Shown: positions 35,000 through 44,385 of the stretch, one piece after another
How positions within the stretch are numbered: the stretch's first letter is position 1
How the letters are laid out: each line of letters starts with the position of its first letter
Sequence record: NZ_CP028352.1
Source of the DNA: a plasmid
DNA: 64,000 bases
Direction: 5' to 3' (one strand)
Position numbers and translations under genes: made by a program
The notes under the pieces: model-generated
Databases searched by the model: none
Told to the model about the DNA's origin: nothing
What the model saw: the letters and a program-made list of their open reading frames with translations, nothing else

Positions 35000-35726
35000 T
35001 TTGTAATCTCCGCACAGTTTTTAATGCGCGACAGCGCATGAAGGCGCCAGCTGATGTCAGTCAGGGCGAAGTGGCCACATGGCGCCGGTAGCCCGGCGAA
35101 GCCGGTTCCGGTTTGATAGGTTCTGCCTAACTATACCTTCGCCCTGCTAAGCCAAAACCGCTTTCAGTTGCACAGGAGCTATTTTGCGCTGTCGGAGTGG
35201 TCACGACAAGGCGTAGCCGTAGTCGGGGCGTATCTCCGCGTTAGCGGGCCGTCAGGGCCGCTTACGTGCGTGTTCTCCTTTCTTACAGCAATACTGCTAA
35301 CAGCAACTCCGATTCTAATTACAACATCCATACTAAAAGCGACTCCATCCCGGCCTTTGGCCGGGGCGGCGGCGCTTTTCAGGGTGGGTACCACTCGATA
35401 CCGAGATAAGCACAGCGATTTTGCTTCCACCTGATTAGTTTGTTGTAACTACGGACAATGCCCGGCGCTTGCGACGGGAGCTATTTCTGACGCGAAGCGT
35501 CTTATCCGAACCGGCGCGGACGTTAGTCCGCAGCAAGGGCGGGCATTATTTATCTGTCCACAGGATGGATGCCGAATAGGTTTTATCTTTAAAGGTAAGT
35601 AATAACTGTTGTTTAAAAGAAAGGAGATCGGGTTTTTAAAAGGATCATCGCGGTTTGTAAAAAAGACGGATAGCGGTTAACACGCAGTCCGGTCAGAAGA
35701 TAAATCACATACCCTCTCGCGGTTAT

Positions 35727-35735
35727 TGTGGATAA
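35727..35735. promoter_or_regulatory. DnaA box (TGTGGATAA) in the presumptive oriR, downstream of repA1.
   Basis: Perfect 9-mer ~260 bp from the repA1 stop, where IncFII oriR lies. Confidence 0.5.
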
Positions 35736-35995
35736 CTCAGAATTGCGGATTACGGATCTGCCCGCTGGTAAATTGTGTGCGCTGGCTCTCGTTTCTGAAT
35801 CAACAGTAAAGCACTGTTGTGATTAATATTTGTCCATCTGCCGTTGTGTAGGCGTGCTCGGGCCTCCGGCGCGAACCGGATAACGTGAAGGGTGGGCGGA
35901 AAGGCATAGGTGCCGGCATCTGAAGCCGGATTGCGGGCAGGGGTCATCCGGCGCGGGTACGCCAGCAGTCTAAGAGGGAATGCGTCAGAGACGCA

Positions 35996-36862
35996 TCAGG
36001 TTGTGACCAGCAGGTCGTCACCGAGTCGCGTGTAGTGTCCGCGTGAAAGCTTCATGCGCTCCGTGACGCGGCGCTCTATCTCCGTGCGGACTGCATCAAG
36101 GCTGCCAAAAAAGTCGCCATTACGAATTTCTTTCTGCAGCTGCAGTCGTACCAGCTGCTCGATGTCCTTACGGGTGCGCGGTGCGTCTTTGCGTGCACGG
36201 TGGCGCTTCATGCCGTGCTCACGCCGTGACTTCTGATACTCACGGAAGCGCTCACGTACAAATGACCAGGCGGCGCCAATGAGCTCACCGGCGTCAGCGC
36301 GCGGTAAGCCCTTCTTTTCACGCTGGCGGTTTTCCCACTCGATGCGGCTGCGGCGTGCGGCCGCAACGGCTTCCTCGGAGACGTCCAGCACCTGCCACAT
36401 CAGCGGCGTGAAGGTGATGTCCGTAGGGATATTGCAGCCAATTTCTTTATCGTATTCGGTGTTATAGGTGAGGAGCTTCAGCTGGGCCATAAACTGCACG
36501 GCACCGGTGAAACGGGTGATCGAGAGGCGTTTCTTCTCGGTGGCCAGCCCGCAGCGAATACTCATAGTGGTGAGTGAGGCGCCTACGCGATTGGCCAGCG
36601 GATTGAAATAATGGCAGAGAGCCTGTAGCGAGGCTTCCAGTGCACGCATACGCAGTTCCGGAGGACGGCGCTTACGCTCCCCCCGGGCTATAGACATGGC
36701 AACCAGTGACTGGAACTCCATGCGCTGGGTGAAGCCTGCCGCTTTCTCACGGATTTTTTCGCAGAACGGCAGGGTTTTCTTTCCGTTCTCTGGAATAAAT
36801 TCCGGATTAGGATTCTTTACCTGCCGGTAAAATGAGGTGTTTTCAGTAAGTTGCTTATTCAC
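35996..36862 (-). CDS. repA1: IncFII-type replication initiator RepA1 (GTG start).
   Basis: VNKQLTENTSFYRQVKNPNPEFIPENGKKTLPFCEKIREKAAGFT... is collinear with R100/R1 RepA1 (YRQVKNPNP...CEKL.EKA.GF...DPLANRV...). Confidence 0.85.
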   Translation of the reverse strand: MNKQLTENTSFYRQVKNPNPEFIPENGKKTLPFCEKIREKAAGFTQRMEFQSLVAMSIARGERKRRPPELRMRALEASLQALCHYFNPLANRVGASLTTMSIRCGLATEKKRLSITRFTGAVQFMAQLKLLTYNTEYDKEIGCNIPTDITFTPLMWQVLDVSEEAVAAARRSRIEWENRQREKKGLPRADAGELIGAAWSFVRERFREYQKSRREHGMKRHRARKDAPRTRKDIEQLVRLQLQKEIRNGDFFGSLDAVRTEIERRVTERMKLSRGHYTRLGDDLLVTT

Positions 36863-36926
36863 GCCTTCCTGCGCTTATGTTGCACAGAAGGAGTAAGCAC
36901 CGAGGGTATTGCAGTTTTTCGGGCAT
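36855..36926 (-). CDS. tap: Leader peptide Tap (24 codons) translationally coupled to repA1.
   Basis: MPEKLQYPRCLLLLCNISAGRRE*. Its stop TAA overlaps the repA1 GTG (cGTGAATAA), as in R1 tap-repA coupling. Confidence 0.6.
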   Translation of the reverse strand: MPEKLQYPRCLLLLCNISAGRRE

Positions 36927-36929
36927 GAA

Positions 36930-37030
36930 ACTATACTCCCCGCATAGAGCAACAGCTTCTATGCAGATTCAGTGAGCCCCGTTAGTCTTCTCCGTGTCGC
37001 CAAACTCAGGAAGATTATCGGGGTTTTCTT
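36930..37030 (+). ncRNA. copA: Probable CopA-type antisense RNA (copy-number control) in the repA1 leader region (approximate coordinates).
   Basis: The call rests on position alone: it lies between repA2/copB and tap, on the strand opposite repA1, as in IncFII replicons. The exact ends were not determined. Confidence 0.35.
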
Positions 37031-37161
37031 TTTTCTGGCCTTCACTAATCAGTCAGCACCAGACTTCTGCCACCTTTCGGCGTGGCAAACCAGGAACTTA
37101 ATTGCGAGCTAATGTATCACCACAGGTTTGCACAATCAATTTCCGTGAATAGTCACCTTCA

Positions 37162-37413
37162 TTAATCGCTACTTTTGTTGCCTTCAATTAATCGTTCAAT
37201 CGCTTCAGCCTGCGTCAACCCGGACTCTCTGCAGATTTCATCAAGCTTCTGCTTGGTGCTGTTATGAATAAACACGTTCAATGGAGAATGTGTTTCGCGC
37301 TTACGCGCAACTGAACGCATTTTACGCTCTCTGGGGCTCAGAGGCGCTGGGCGGGAAGGTTTTACCTCAGATTGAGTAGGACTTTCAGTCTGCGGCATAC
37401 GTGCCTCCAGCAT
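37162..37413 (-). CDS. repA2: RepA2/CopB transcriptional repressor of the repA1 promoter.
   Basis: 83 aa. ...RKMRSVARKRETH...EICRESGLTQAEAIERLIE... resembles R100 CopB (MAAVARKRLTH...GITQAQFVEKII). Confidence 0.7.
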   Translation of the reverse strand: MLEARMPQTESPTQSEVKPSRPAPLSPRERKMRSVARKRETHSPLNVFIHNSTKQKLDEICRESGLTQAEAIERLIEGNKSSD

Positions 37414-37537
37414 TTCTAAAACGAATTGGCTGAGAATACTACATATCCCCTAAATCAGCGACTTAACTTTAAAACGGCGGGAAGGCTGCGTTGGCGCGCA
37501 GCCAGTCGGGAACGGTGATGAATCGTGAGGGCGTGGA

Positions 37538-38071
37538 TCAGTATGAAGAGTGCCAGTCTGTTCCCCCTTCCCAGCGTGACTGCCAGTGCGCCAGATAAGT
37601 CTGCGCCAGTGCCGGAACTTCCCGCACGACCAGCGCATTCTCGGAATTTGATTCAGCTGCGCTGCGGGAATAGTTAAATGAGCCAAGCTCCACGTTCTGT
37701 CCGTCGGTGATGATCACTTTGTCGTGCATAATCTTGTACTGACCATTAGTGCGCAGAGGAATGCCGGCGTTAACTACCACGTTCATTGCCGCCTGGCTGG
37801 CTTTGCTGCGGTTGCCTTTTTCGTCAACAACAACCCTGACGTCCACGCCGCGGCGCTTTGCCGCAACGAGAGATTTCACCACTTCAGGGGAGGTAAAGCT
37901 GTAGCCCATCAGGCGGATGCTTTCACGGGCATCGTCCAATGTACGCAGGACCAACTGCTGCGCACTGCCTTCGGGCGAAAATCCGGCGTCAACGGAGGGT
38001 GCAGCAACGGCCGCGCCGGTGGAAAAGGTCAGCCATAATGCGGTGGCCACGATTCGCGGGTTCAATTTCAT
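37538..38071 (-). CDS. nuc: Phospholipase-D-family periplasmic endonuclease (Nuc-like).
   Basis: Signal peptide MKLNPRIVATALWLTFSTGAAVA and the HKD motif IMHDKVIITDGQNVELGSFNYS. Confidence 0.8.
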   Translation of the reverse strand: MKLNPRIVATALWLTFSTGAAVAAPSVDAGFSPEGSAQQLVLRTLDDARESIRLMGYSFTSPEVVKSLVAAKRRGVDVRVVVDEKGNRSKASQAAMNVVVNAGIPLRTNGQYKIMHDKVIITDGQNVELGSFNYSRSAAESNSENALVVREVPALAQTYLAHWQSRWEGGTDWHSSY

Positions 38072-38150
38072 TTCGGTTCCTTGGTTATTAATCCGGATTG
38101 ACATCCAGGTGTGAAAGCCATGATTTAGTGAGTTATGAGGGGTGAAGCTG

Positions 38151-38798
38151 TCAGTTGGTCAGCCATGCGCTGACGCTGAGGTGAGTGGGGTTTTCTGACG
38201 TTTCGCCTATAAGCACATCGCCGTATCCGCCATCAATTGAGACTGCATAACTGGCGACGTGTCTCGCTATATTCATTGCCGGCAGTATTGCCACCTGCCT
38301 GCCGGTGCTGAGCTCAGTAATCCTGAAGTGGCCATTTCCAGTAACCTTCTCCGGGACATAAACACATGCATCGATGGAGTCGCTCCGATGTGGTACGAGT
38401 TGATACCTGATACCCTCAAAGCAGATGCTGCCGGTGCAAATTTCGTCATCTTCTTCATCCTGCTGCTGCCAGGCACCTGACTCATAGTCCACGGCCCAGG
38501 TCCATTCACTCGCATCAATCTGCATGGCCAACTGCTCAACGCTGGCTGCTAACATGCCGTAGCTGATCTGCAGTGCCGGACGGATGCTGTATCCTGCACG
38601 GACAAATTCAATGCCGATGAATGCTATTTCATTACGTTCACTGTCTGTAAGATGGCCACGCACTCTCTGAGCCGCCGAAATAACCATCAGGCGCCCCTCC
38701 ATGTCAGACAGCGCATGAATGTGTCGCCAGCCTCTTATGCGCGTAGCATTTTCATTTAATGCCCGACTTATATCGCCGGAACCGAGTTCAGTTGCCAT
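38151..38798 (-). CDS. Hypothetical protein (215 aa).
   Basis: The ORF in the track starts at an alternative codon; a more likely start is the ATG giving MATELGSG. No motif recognised. Confidence 0.4.
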   Translation of the reverse strand: MATELGSGDISRALNENATRIRGWRHIHALSDMEGRLMVISAAQRVRGHLTDSERNEIAFIGIEFVRAGYSIRPALQISYGMLAASVEQLAMQIDASEWTWAVDYESGAWQQQDEEDDEICTGSICFEGIRYQLVPHRSDSIDACVYVPEKVTGNGHFRITELSTGRQVAILPAMNIARHVASYAVSIDGGYGDVLIGETSENPTHLSVSAWLTN

Positions 38799-38892
38799 TT
38801 TCTGTGCCTTACAGGATGGTGCGGCATGGAATAAACGCGCGCAGGAGTATTGGGACAAACCCGAACATGAGGTTGTTCTGAGAGGGGAAAAA

Positions 38893-38925
38893 AGAGGGCC
38901 CCTAAGGGGCCCTTCTAAAATATGC
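38893..38925 (-). terminator. Intrinsic terminator downstream of trbC (AAGGGCCCC-TTAG-GGGCCCTT + T-run on the minus strand).
   Basis: Perfect GC-rich hairpin followed by TCTTTTTT on the minus strand. Confidence 0.7.
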
Positions 38926-39009
38926 CGACTGACATATTTTGTGGGTCGGTTCAGTAAGTACCTTAGCGACTATGTTTTCTGGCATCAGCATGCCCGATTA
39001 TCTGGCTCT

Positions 39010-41196
39010 CTATGACGCCACCCTCACAGGTGCCAGGGTCACGTAGTTCTGTGCGGCTTTTTCAATCGCCTCACGACCCGCGCCCATTAGGCGAGGTTCA
39101 CGCAGGCGCACCTTATAGCCTCTTCCGCGTATAGGCAGGCTTTCATTGACCATCCGCCAGAGTACAGCAGAACGGACCGCCGCTGCAGGCGTACGCTTCC
39201 AGCTGTACTCACATTCAAGATCAAACTCACAGACTGCAGCCAGCGCCGGGTCGGTTAGTATCAGATGACAGGTATGCTGCGCGCCTGGTGGCGCGTCCAG
39301 TACCTGTAGGATGCGCTGCACCCGCTCGGCACGCACGTAACTGCGACGCCAGCGGTAAGGCATGACTGCCAGCAGCCTGGCTTCAGAAGGTGGACTGACC
39401 TCCATAAAACGGTTGATGCGCACAGCCTCATTCGTGAATTTGTCATTGTCAGAGATATAGAGCGAGCTGCCGCGGACCACCTGGCCCCTGAAAAGAGTAA
39501 CGTTTTCGCCCTCCTGCAGCGCCTGAACCTCTTCCACATCGACCTTTTTCTTTTCGCTCACCTGCAAGCGCGGATCATCCCTCAAACCGCTACCGAGGAT
39601 GCTGCCCTGCTGCACAATGGCGCTCATGTGCGCACGGTATTCCGTGCCGGCCATCAGCTGCAGGATTTCCAGAGTGTCCTTTGGATCCATAATTTTGCCG
39701 GTAATTCGCACACCCATGTTGGCGATCAGCGTCCATACTGCGTCGCCCGCCGCCGTTTTCAGGCGCTGCACCTCTTGCCCGGCCAGCAACAGGCAGTAGC
39801 CCAGCGAGCGGATTTGAGTAGCCAGCTCACCCACTTTTTCACTGTAGCCGGCGCCCACCTCGTCGATAATCCAGAGCAGCGGAAAGCGGTCCTTGAATTT
39901 CCGCACTTTCATATTGTCTTGTGGCCGCCCTTCGATCTTCTCACCGAGATCCTGACTTAAAATCATGGCCAGCTGAGACTGATAAAGACGGCCCAGAGTA
40001 CTGCTCTCCGTAGCGGAAAGCTCCAGCGCCGGTACCAGCACAATCAGGATACGATCGTTATGCACCACGTCCCGGAGGTCGATGTCACCCGCGTCGCGAG
40101 CAAACACGTGACCATAGGTGTCGTTGAACAGGCTTAGCATGCGAGTGTACTGCTGCATCAGGTAGCCGTGCTGGCGGTTCGCCTCGGGATCCCATTCTGA
40201 TGGCGTGGCCACTTTATCCAGGTCAAAGCCGGCAAGCGTACTGAGGTAGTTTTCGAGCGCCACACGGATTTCCTCGTGCCACTGTTCCTCAACCGCCTGA
40301 ACGTAGAGCCCGGCAATTTTTCGCAGCGGCAGGTGTGCCTGTATCGTGCGCTGCGACATCACCGTGCCTTCACGTCGACTCTTGTAGACCAGCGCTGTCA
40401 CCAGTGCCTGGTTCATGGAGCGCGCCTTCTCCTGCCAGTCGCCGCCGCTGCTGCCGGTTTTAGGCAGCATGGAGTCCATCAGGTTGATGGTGTAGGTTTC
40501 CTGTGCAATACCGAACACACTGGTGGTATTGGTCTGCGGTCGCCCCTTCGCGTCTTCAAGTAGCTCCTGCGCACGCGAGCGCCCGCCGGTAATGAAGTTC
40601 ATCAAGCGCAGGTCGTCTTCACGCCCGAAACGGCGGGCCATAGACATCATGGCGAGCGCCACGTCGTTTTGTGCCTTGTGATCAGAAAAAATAACGCCCT
40701 TGCCCCAGCACAGTGCGTTGAATACCCAGCCCAGCAGCGTCTCCGTTTTACCGGCCCCGGTGGTGCCGAACATCAGCACGTGACGCGTAAGGTCGTCCAT
40801 GGAAAGCCACAGTTCGCGCCCGGCGTCCCTGCCTCGCAGGTAACCAGCGTACAGTATGCCCGCCGCGCGGCTCGTATGAATGCGCACTGTGGCCACAGGC
40901 AGAAAGCCCAGCACCTTCGCCGGCACCTTACGATCGGTCGACGGGTCGTCACGGTTCATGTCGGTTGGCATGCGCATTGGCATCTTCCAGCGGCCGGCGG
41001 GCATCACGACCAGCGACCAGAACATCAGCACCGGTAGGCTCAGCACCAGCGTGGCCGGCCAGATAAAGCCCGCTCCAACGGCAGCCAACATTCCCCAAGC
41101 TAGCGTCCCGGTCTCACTCAGCACATCGATAAGCCATGAGCGGCCTGCGTGCCGGTGGACGCGAGTGCTGTCGAGCACTGAGTTACTGTCCGTCAT
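39010..41196 (-). CDS. trbC: Type IV coupling protein, TrbC/DotL-like (IncI-type T4BSS).
   Basis: N-terminal TM helices, then Walker A LMFGTTGAGKTETLLG and Walker B. 728 aa. Position and size match R64 TrbC. Confidence 0.6.
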   Translation of the reverse strand: MTDSNSVLDSTRVHRHAGRSWLIDVLSETGTLAWGMLAAVGAGFIWPATLVLSLPVLMFWSLVVMPAGRWKMPMRMPTDMNRDDPSTDRKVPAKVLGFLPVATVRIHTSRAAGILYAGYLRGRDAGRELWLSMDDLTRHVLMFGTTGAGKTETLLGWVFNALCWGKGVIFSDHKAQNDVALAMMSMARRFGREDDLRLMNFITGGRSRAQELLEDAKGRPQTNTTSVFGIAQETYTINLMDSMLPKTGSSGGDWQEKARSMNQALVTALVYKSRREGTVMSQRTIQAHLPLRKIAGLYVQAVEEQWHEEIRVALENYLSTLAGFDLDKVATPSEWDPEANRQHGYLMQQYTRMLSLFNDTYGHVFARDAGDIDLRDVVHNDRILIVLVPALELSATESSTLGRLYQSQLAMILSQDLGEKIEGRPQDNMKVRKFKDRFPLLWIIDEVGAGYSEKVGELATQIRSLGYCLLLAGQEVQRLKTAAGDAVWTLIANMGVRITGKIMDPKDTLEILQLMAGTEYRAHMSAIVQQGSILGSGLRDDPRLQVSEKKKVDVEEVQALQEGENVTLFRGQVVRGSSLYISDNDKFTNEAVRINRFMEVSPPSEARLLAVMPYRWRRSYVRAERVQRILQVLDAPPGAQHTCHLILTDPALAAVCEFDLECEYSWKRTPAAAVRSAVLWRMVNESLPIRGRGYKVRLREPRLMGAGREAIEKAAQNYVTLAPVRVAS

Positions 41197-42313
41197 GGCT
41201 GCCTCCGTTCAAAAACTCAGTGAGCGCCGCCGGTGAGCTGAGCACGCTCTGCGGCACGTAACGCCCGTCGTCGGAAATCGTCCACGGGGTGCCCGGCAGT
41301 CGGTAGGCGTGATACGCAACCTCATTGACGCCAATAGCGCCGCGGGCAAGTTCAGCGACATTTTCAGCAGGCACGGATGCCGCAGGCGCCTTGCCTGGAA
41401 CACTGACGCCTGCATCGGCGGAGAAAAGCCGTTTCCACGCATCGGCCCGCTGAACTTCAGGGAGTGCCATTACCGGCGTCAGCACCTGAAGTGACGATAC
41501 CCCACCGCGGATGGTGACGGGGAAAATTACCACGTTGACGACGTCTGAAGCCGCTTCAAGATGGCGCTCCATGCGCTGACACTCCGGGCAATTTGGGTCA
41601 GAAAACACATACACCGTACGTGCGTGACCAGCCGAAAGGGGGACGGTAAACAGACCGCGTGACGCAGCGTTTCTGAGCTTAGACGGCAGCTCAGCTCGCA
41701 CATTCAGCGGCAGGTCCCAGCCGTCAGCTGGCGCAGCGGCTGCTGATTGTTGAGTTTGCTGTTGCGGCGCACCATGGTCGATGTGTTCACCCTTGTCTTG
41801 AAGCTGCATCATGGACGGGGCCGCGGGTTCAGCAGGCGTATTGCGGGCAGGCCCCACTTTTGAGAGGAATTCCTGTCGCGAGTCCACTGTAGTAAGCATT
41901 GGGGTGTCATGAGCTGAAAGGAATTTGAAGCCGGTGATCGGTATTGCAAGCAAAAATCCTGCTGCAATCAAGGCTGCCGCGATATAACTGTACTTCCGCT
42001 GCCGCAGGCTGCGCAGGCGCATACTCTCTACAGTGGTCATCAGGTCATTAATACAGCGTAGAAGTAATGCTGCATCCTCACCTCGGTAAAGAGGTGTCAG
42101 CGCGTCGTGCGCGTTCTGTGCGTAGAGCCCGTCACTGTGCACCACAAACCACGGCATCTGACGGAGAGAACAAAAGAACAGCATACTAATGCCATTCCCT
42201 GTCAGCGATCCCGACTCCGGGCCCCATTTTTCTTCTGTCTGATAACGTTGGACACTCAGCAAGTCTCCGATAATTTTGGCCACAAACGGGCCTTCTCTGC
42301 GAGATAAGTTCAT
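41183..42313 (-). CDS. trbB: Periplasmic thioredoxin-fold protein TrbB-like (DsbC-like disulfide isomerase).
   Basis: C-terminal VFSDPNCPECQRMERHLE (CxxC thioredoxin motif) and an N-terminal TM/signal region. Confidence 0.55.
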   Translation of the reverse strand: MNLSRREGPFVAKIIGDLLSVQRYQTEEKWGPESGSLTGNGISMLFFCSLRQMPWFVVHSDGLYAQNAHDALTPLYRGEDAALLLRCINDLMTTVESMRLRSLRQRKYSYIAAALIAAGFLLAIPITGFKFLSAHDTPMLTTVDSRQEFLSKVGPARNTPAEPAAPSMMQLQDKGEHIDHGAPQQQTQQSAAAAPADGWDLPLNVRAELPSKLRNAASRGLFTVPLSAGHARTVYVFSDPNCPECQRMERHLEAASDVVNVVIFPVTIRGGVSSLQVLTPVMALPEVQRADAWKRLFSADAGVSVPGKAPAASVPAENVAELARGAIGVNEVAYHAYRLPGTPWTISDDGRYVPQSVLSSPAALTEFLNGGSHDGQ

Positions 42314-42327
42314 ATTGAGATCCTTGT

Positions 42328-43605
42328 TCAGCGCGCAACGGCGCTTTCAGAAAATTCGTCTTCGCCCGAGCCGGGAAGATAAAGTGCGTCAGGGAACGGA
42401 ACGTCGCGCTGCGGTTTAGCGCGCTTAGCCCGCACGTCGCGTGGGTAAACGAGAGCCAGCGTCTCGAGCTCAAGCTGCAGCCCGTCCACGGCCTCGCCAG
42501 TCATCAGCGGCGGACGCGGAAGCTTCAGCCGCGCCGCCATCTGCTCCGCGCGCGCCTGCGCAACAATGCCCGCGCCTTCTACGAATACTTTTGCGGTGTC
42601 GGCAGTGTGTAGTCCGTACCACAGAGTGCGATCACAGCCCTTAAGCCAGCGGAACCGGGCAGGCGGCAGGCGGAGGTCCCGGCCATAGAGTCCGGCCAGC
42701 GCGGATCGGACCGTACCGTGCGTCTCCAGCCACTCACTAACGCCGGGGTTTGCCAGCACGCGCGCCACGTGCTTTTCAGCAACCTGCCAGTCGGGCACGC
42801 TCCGGAACTCAGGGGGCCGAAACAGACGGCGGGTCATACACGAACGGTTCAGGTCATCCAGCAGCGTGGTGGCAGCCTTACGGTCATCTGCAAACACTTG
42901 CAGGCCAAAGACGGCCAGTAGCGCACGTTCGTGCGACTGCCACTGATCGGGCATGGTCATCGCCGGGCCAGTCTGCGCATCGAATAAGGCTGTTGCCGCG
43001 TCGCGGTCGAGCACCCGGCGCTTAATCAGCCCGTGCTGCTCCGCAAACTCCTCGGGCTTTAGTGCCCAGGCATTCTCCGGCGTAGTGTCGTTCATCAGGC
43101 CATCACCGCGGTGCCCGGACAGAACAGGAATAACTGACGGGGCAAAGGTGGCCATCACCCGGGGTAGCGAGTGAATGTCGATCGCGCGCCGGCTGCGAAA
43201 GCCCAGCGCAGGGTGACGCGCCAGCGCCCAGCTGGTCACGGCAACAAACGGCACCATGGGAATAAACAGGATGCCTGCTGTGTGGTTCATGACGTCACGC
43301 CATTCGCTGATACCTACTGACTCCGCCCCGTTACCGGTTGCGGCCAGCAGATTAATGCGTTCTGCGGCGTAACGATGAATGTGCGGGAAGTCAGCAAAGC
43401 GCCACATCCAGTAAAGGAACCAGCAGCTCCATCGAACAAAGTCTGCAAAAAAGAGCCAGCAAAGCAGGAGCACCACACAACAGGTGACCATCACCATAGC
43501 CGGCTCATTACTGCCGGTGGCGTTCGGGTTATAGGCTTGCATATGAAAGATTCCGGAAGAGGAGACAGGCTCAGACGACCCGCCAGACTGCAGATAAGAA
43601 AACAC
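42328..43605 (-). CDS. trbA: TrbA/DotM-like inner-membrane T4BSS protein.
   Basis: 425 aa with N-terminal TM helices. The call rests on gene order (excA-trbA-trbB-trbC) and size. Confidence 0.45.
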   Translation of the reverse strand: MFSYLQSGGSSEPVSSSGIFHMQAYNPNATGSNEPAMVMVTCCVVLLLCWLFFADFVRWSCWFLYWMWRFADFPHIHRYAAERINLLAATGNGAESVGISEWRDVMNHTAGILFIPMVPFVAVTSWALARHPALGFRSRRAIDIHSLPRVMATFAPSVIPVLSGHRGDGLMNDTTPENAWALKPEEFAEQHGLIKRRVLDRDAATALFDAQTGPAMTMPDQWQSHERALLAVFGLQVFADDRKAATTLLDDLNRSCMTRRLFRPPEFRSVPDWQVAEKHVARVLANPGVSEWLETHGTVRSALAGLYGRDLRLPPARFRWLKGCDRTLWYGLHTADTAKVFVEGAGIVAQARAEQMAARLKLPRPPLMTGEAVDGLQLELETLALVYPRDVRAKRAKPQRDVPFPDALYLPGSGEDEFSESAVAR

Positions 43606-43653
43606 CGGCGCGGGGCCGGTGTCAGAGGAAAAACTTCAGGATGTCAGGATGAA

Positions 43654-44337
43654 TCAGATAACCTGCGGGACCACCACGTTGTGTTCAAACTCAACAAAGC
43701 GGCTTTGAATGCCTACATGCAGTGGCCAGGGCTCTTTAGGAAACGATTCAACGTAGCTTTTATGGCTCATCGCACCCAGCGTACTGAACAGCTCTTTAGC
43801 CACGAGTGGATGAGCGTTGATGCTCAGCACAGGCACCTCAGGCTTCTTCGTATTAATGCGTAGCGTATTGCCTTCCAGCTCGCGCTCAGTCCAGTCGTTC
43901 ATAGTGAGACCGATTACATCAACTAGACCTTTTTTCACCAGATGGATGTACAGAATATTGCCGGATTTTATATCGACACCCAAATACTGACCACGACCTG
44001 CATCCATTACCTGATGCTGCCTGAGCGGGCTGAAACGCTCGTTACTCGTGAGCAACTTAACCATTTTTTCAAGCTGGCGTCGGCGGGACACTTTCCCATA
44101 GCGACGAAAAGCTAAGGGAACGATAAGAGCAATCCAGACTAAAATAAAAAAGCCAGCCATGGCGGGATCATCATGACCGCCCGGTTGTTTACCTAAATAG
44201 ATCATCAGGCTCGCTGCCGTGAAAAAAAACAGACACGGTAGTGCCATAAAATAATAGACAAACCTCACAACAACCCAAAAACTTTCAGCTTTAGAATCAT
44301 GTCTTTGCACTGATTTCATGGCAGCCTCCTGCGGCAA
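43654..44337 (-). CDS. excA: Entry-exclusion protein ExcA-like.
   Basis: 227-aa membrane protein between the traY-like and trbA-like genes, as in IncI plasmids. Confidence 0.4.
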   Translation of the reverse strand: MPQEAAMKSVQRHDSKAESFWVVVRFVYYFMALPCLFFFTAASLMIYLGKQPGGHDDPAMAGFFILVWIALIVPLAFRRYGKVSRRRQLEKMVKLLTSNERFSPLRQHQVMDAGRGQYLGVDIKSGNILYIHLVKKGLVDVIGLTMNDWTERELEGNTLRINTKKPEVPVLSINAHPLVAKELFSTLGAMSHKSYVESFPKEPWPLHVGIQSRFVEFEHNVVVPQVI

Positions 44338-44385
44338 TCCCTCTGATTAAATTATACGCACGGCTGTAAATAAAGCCAGGTGTAA

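Noticed and set aside
35168-35434. Overlapping 88-aa (+) and 83-aa (-) ORFs downstream of oriR
   Set aside because: They are mutually exclusive frames in a GC-rich, hairpin-dense segment with no RBS. The DNA is probably structured replicon-distal sequence (repA4/terminus-like) rather than coding.
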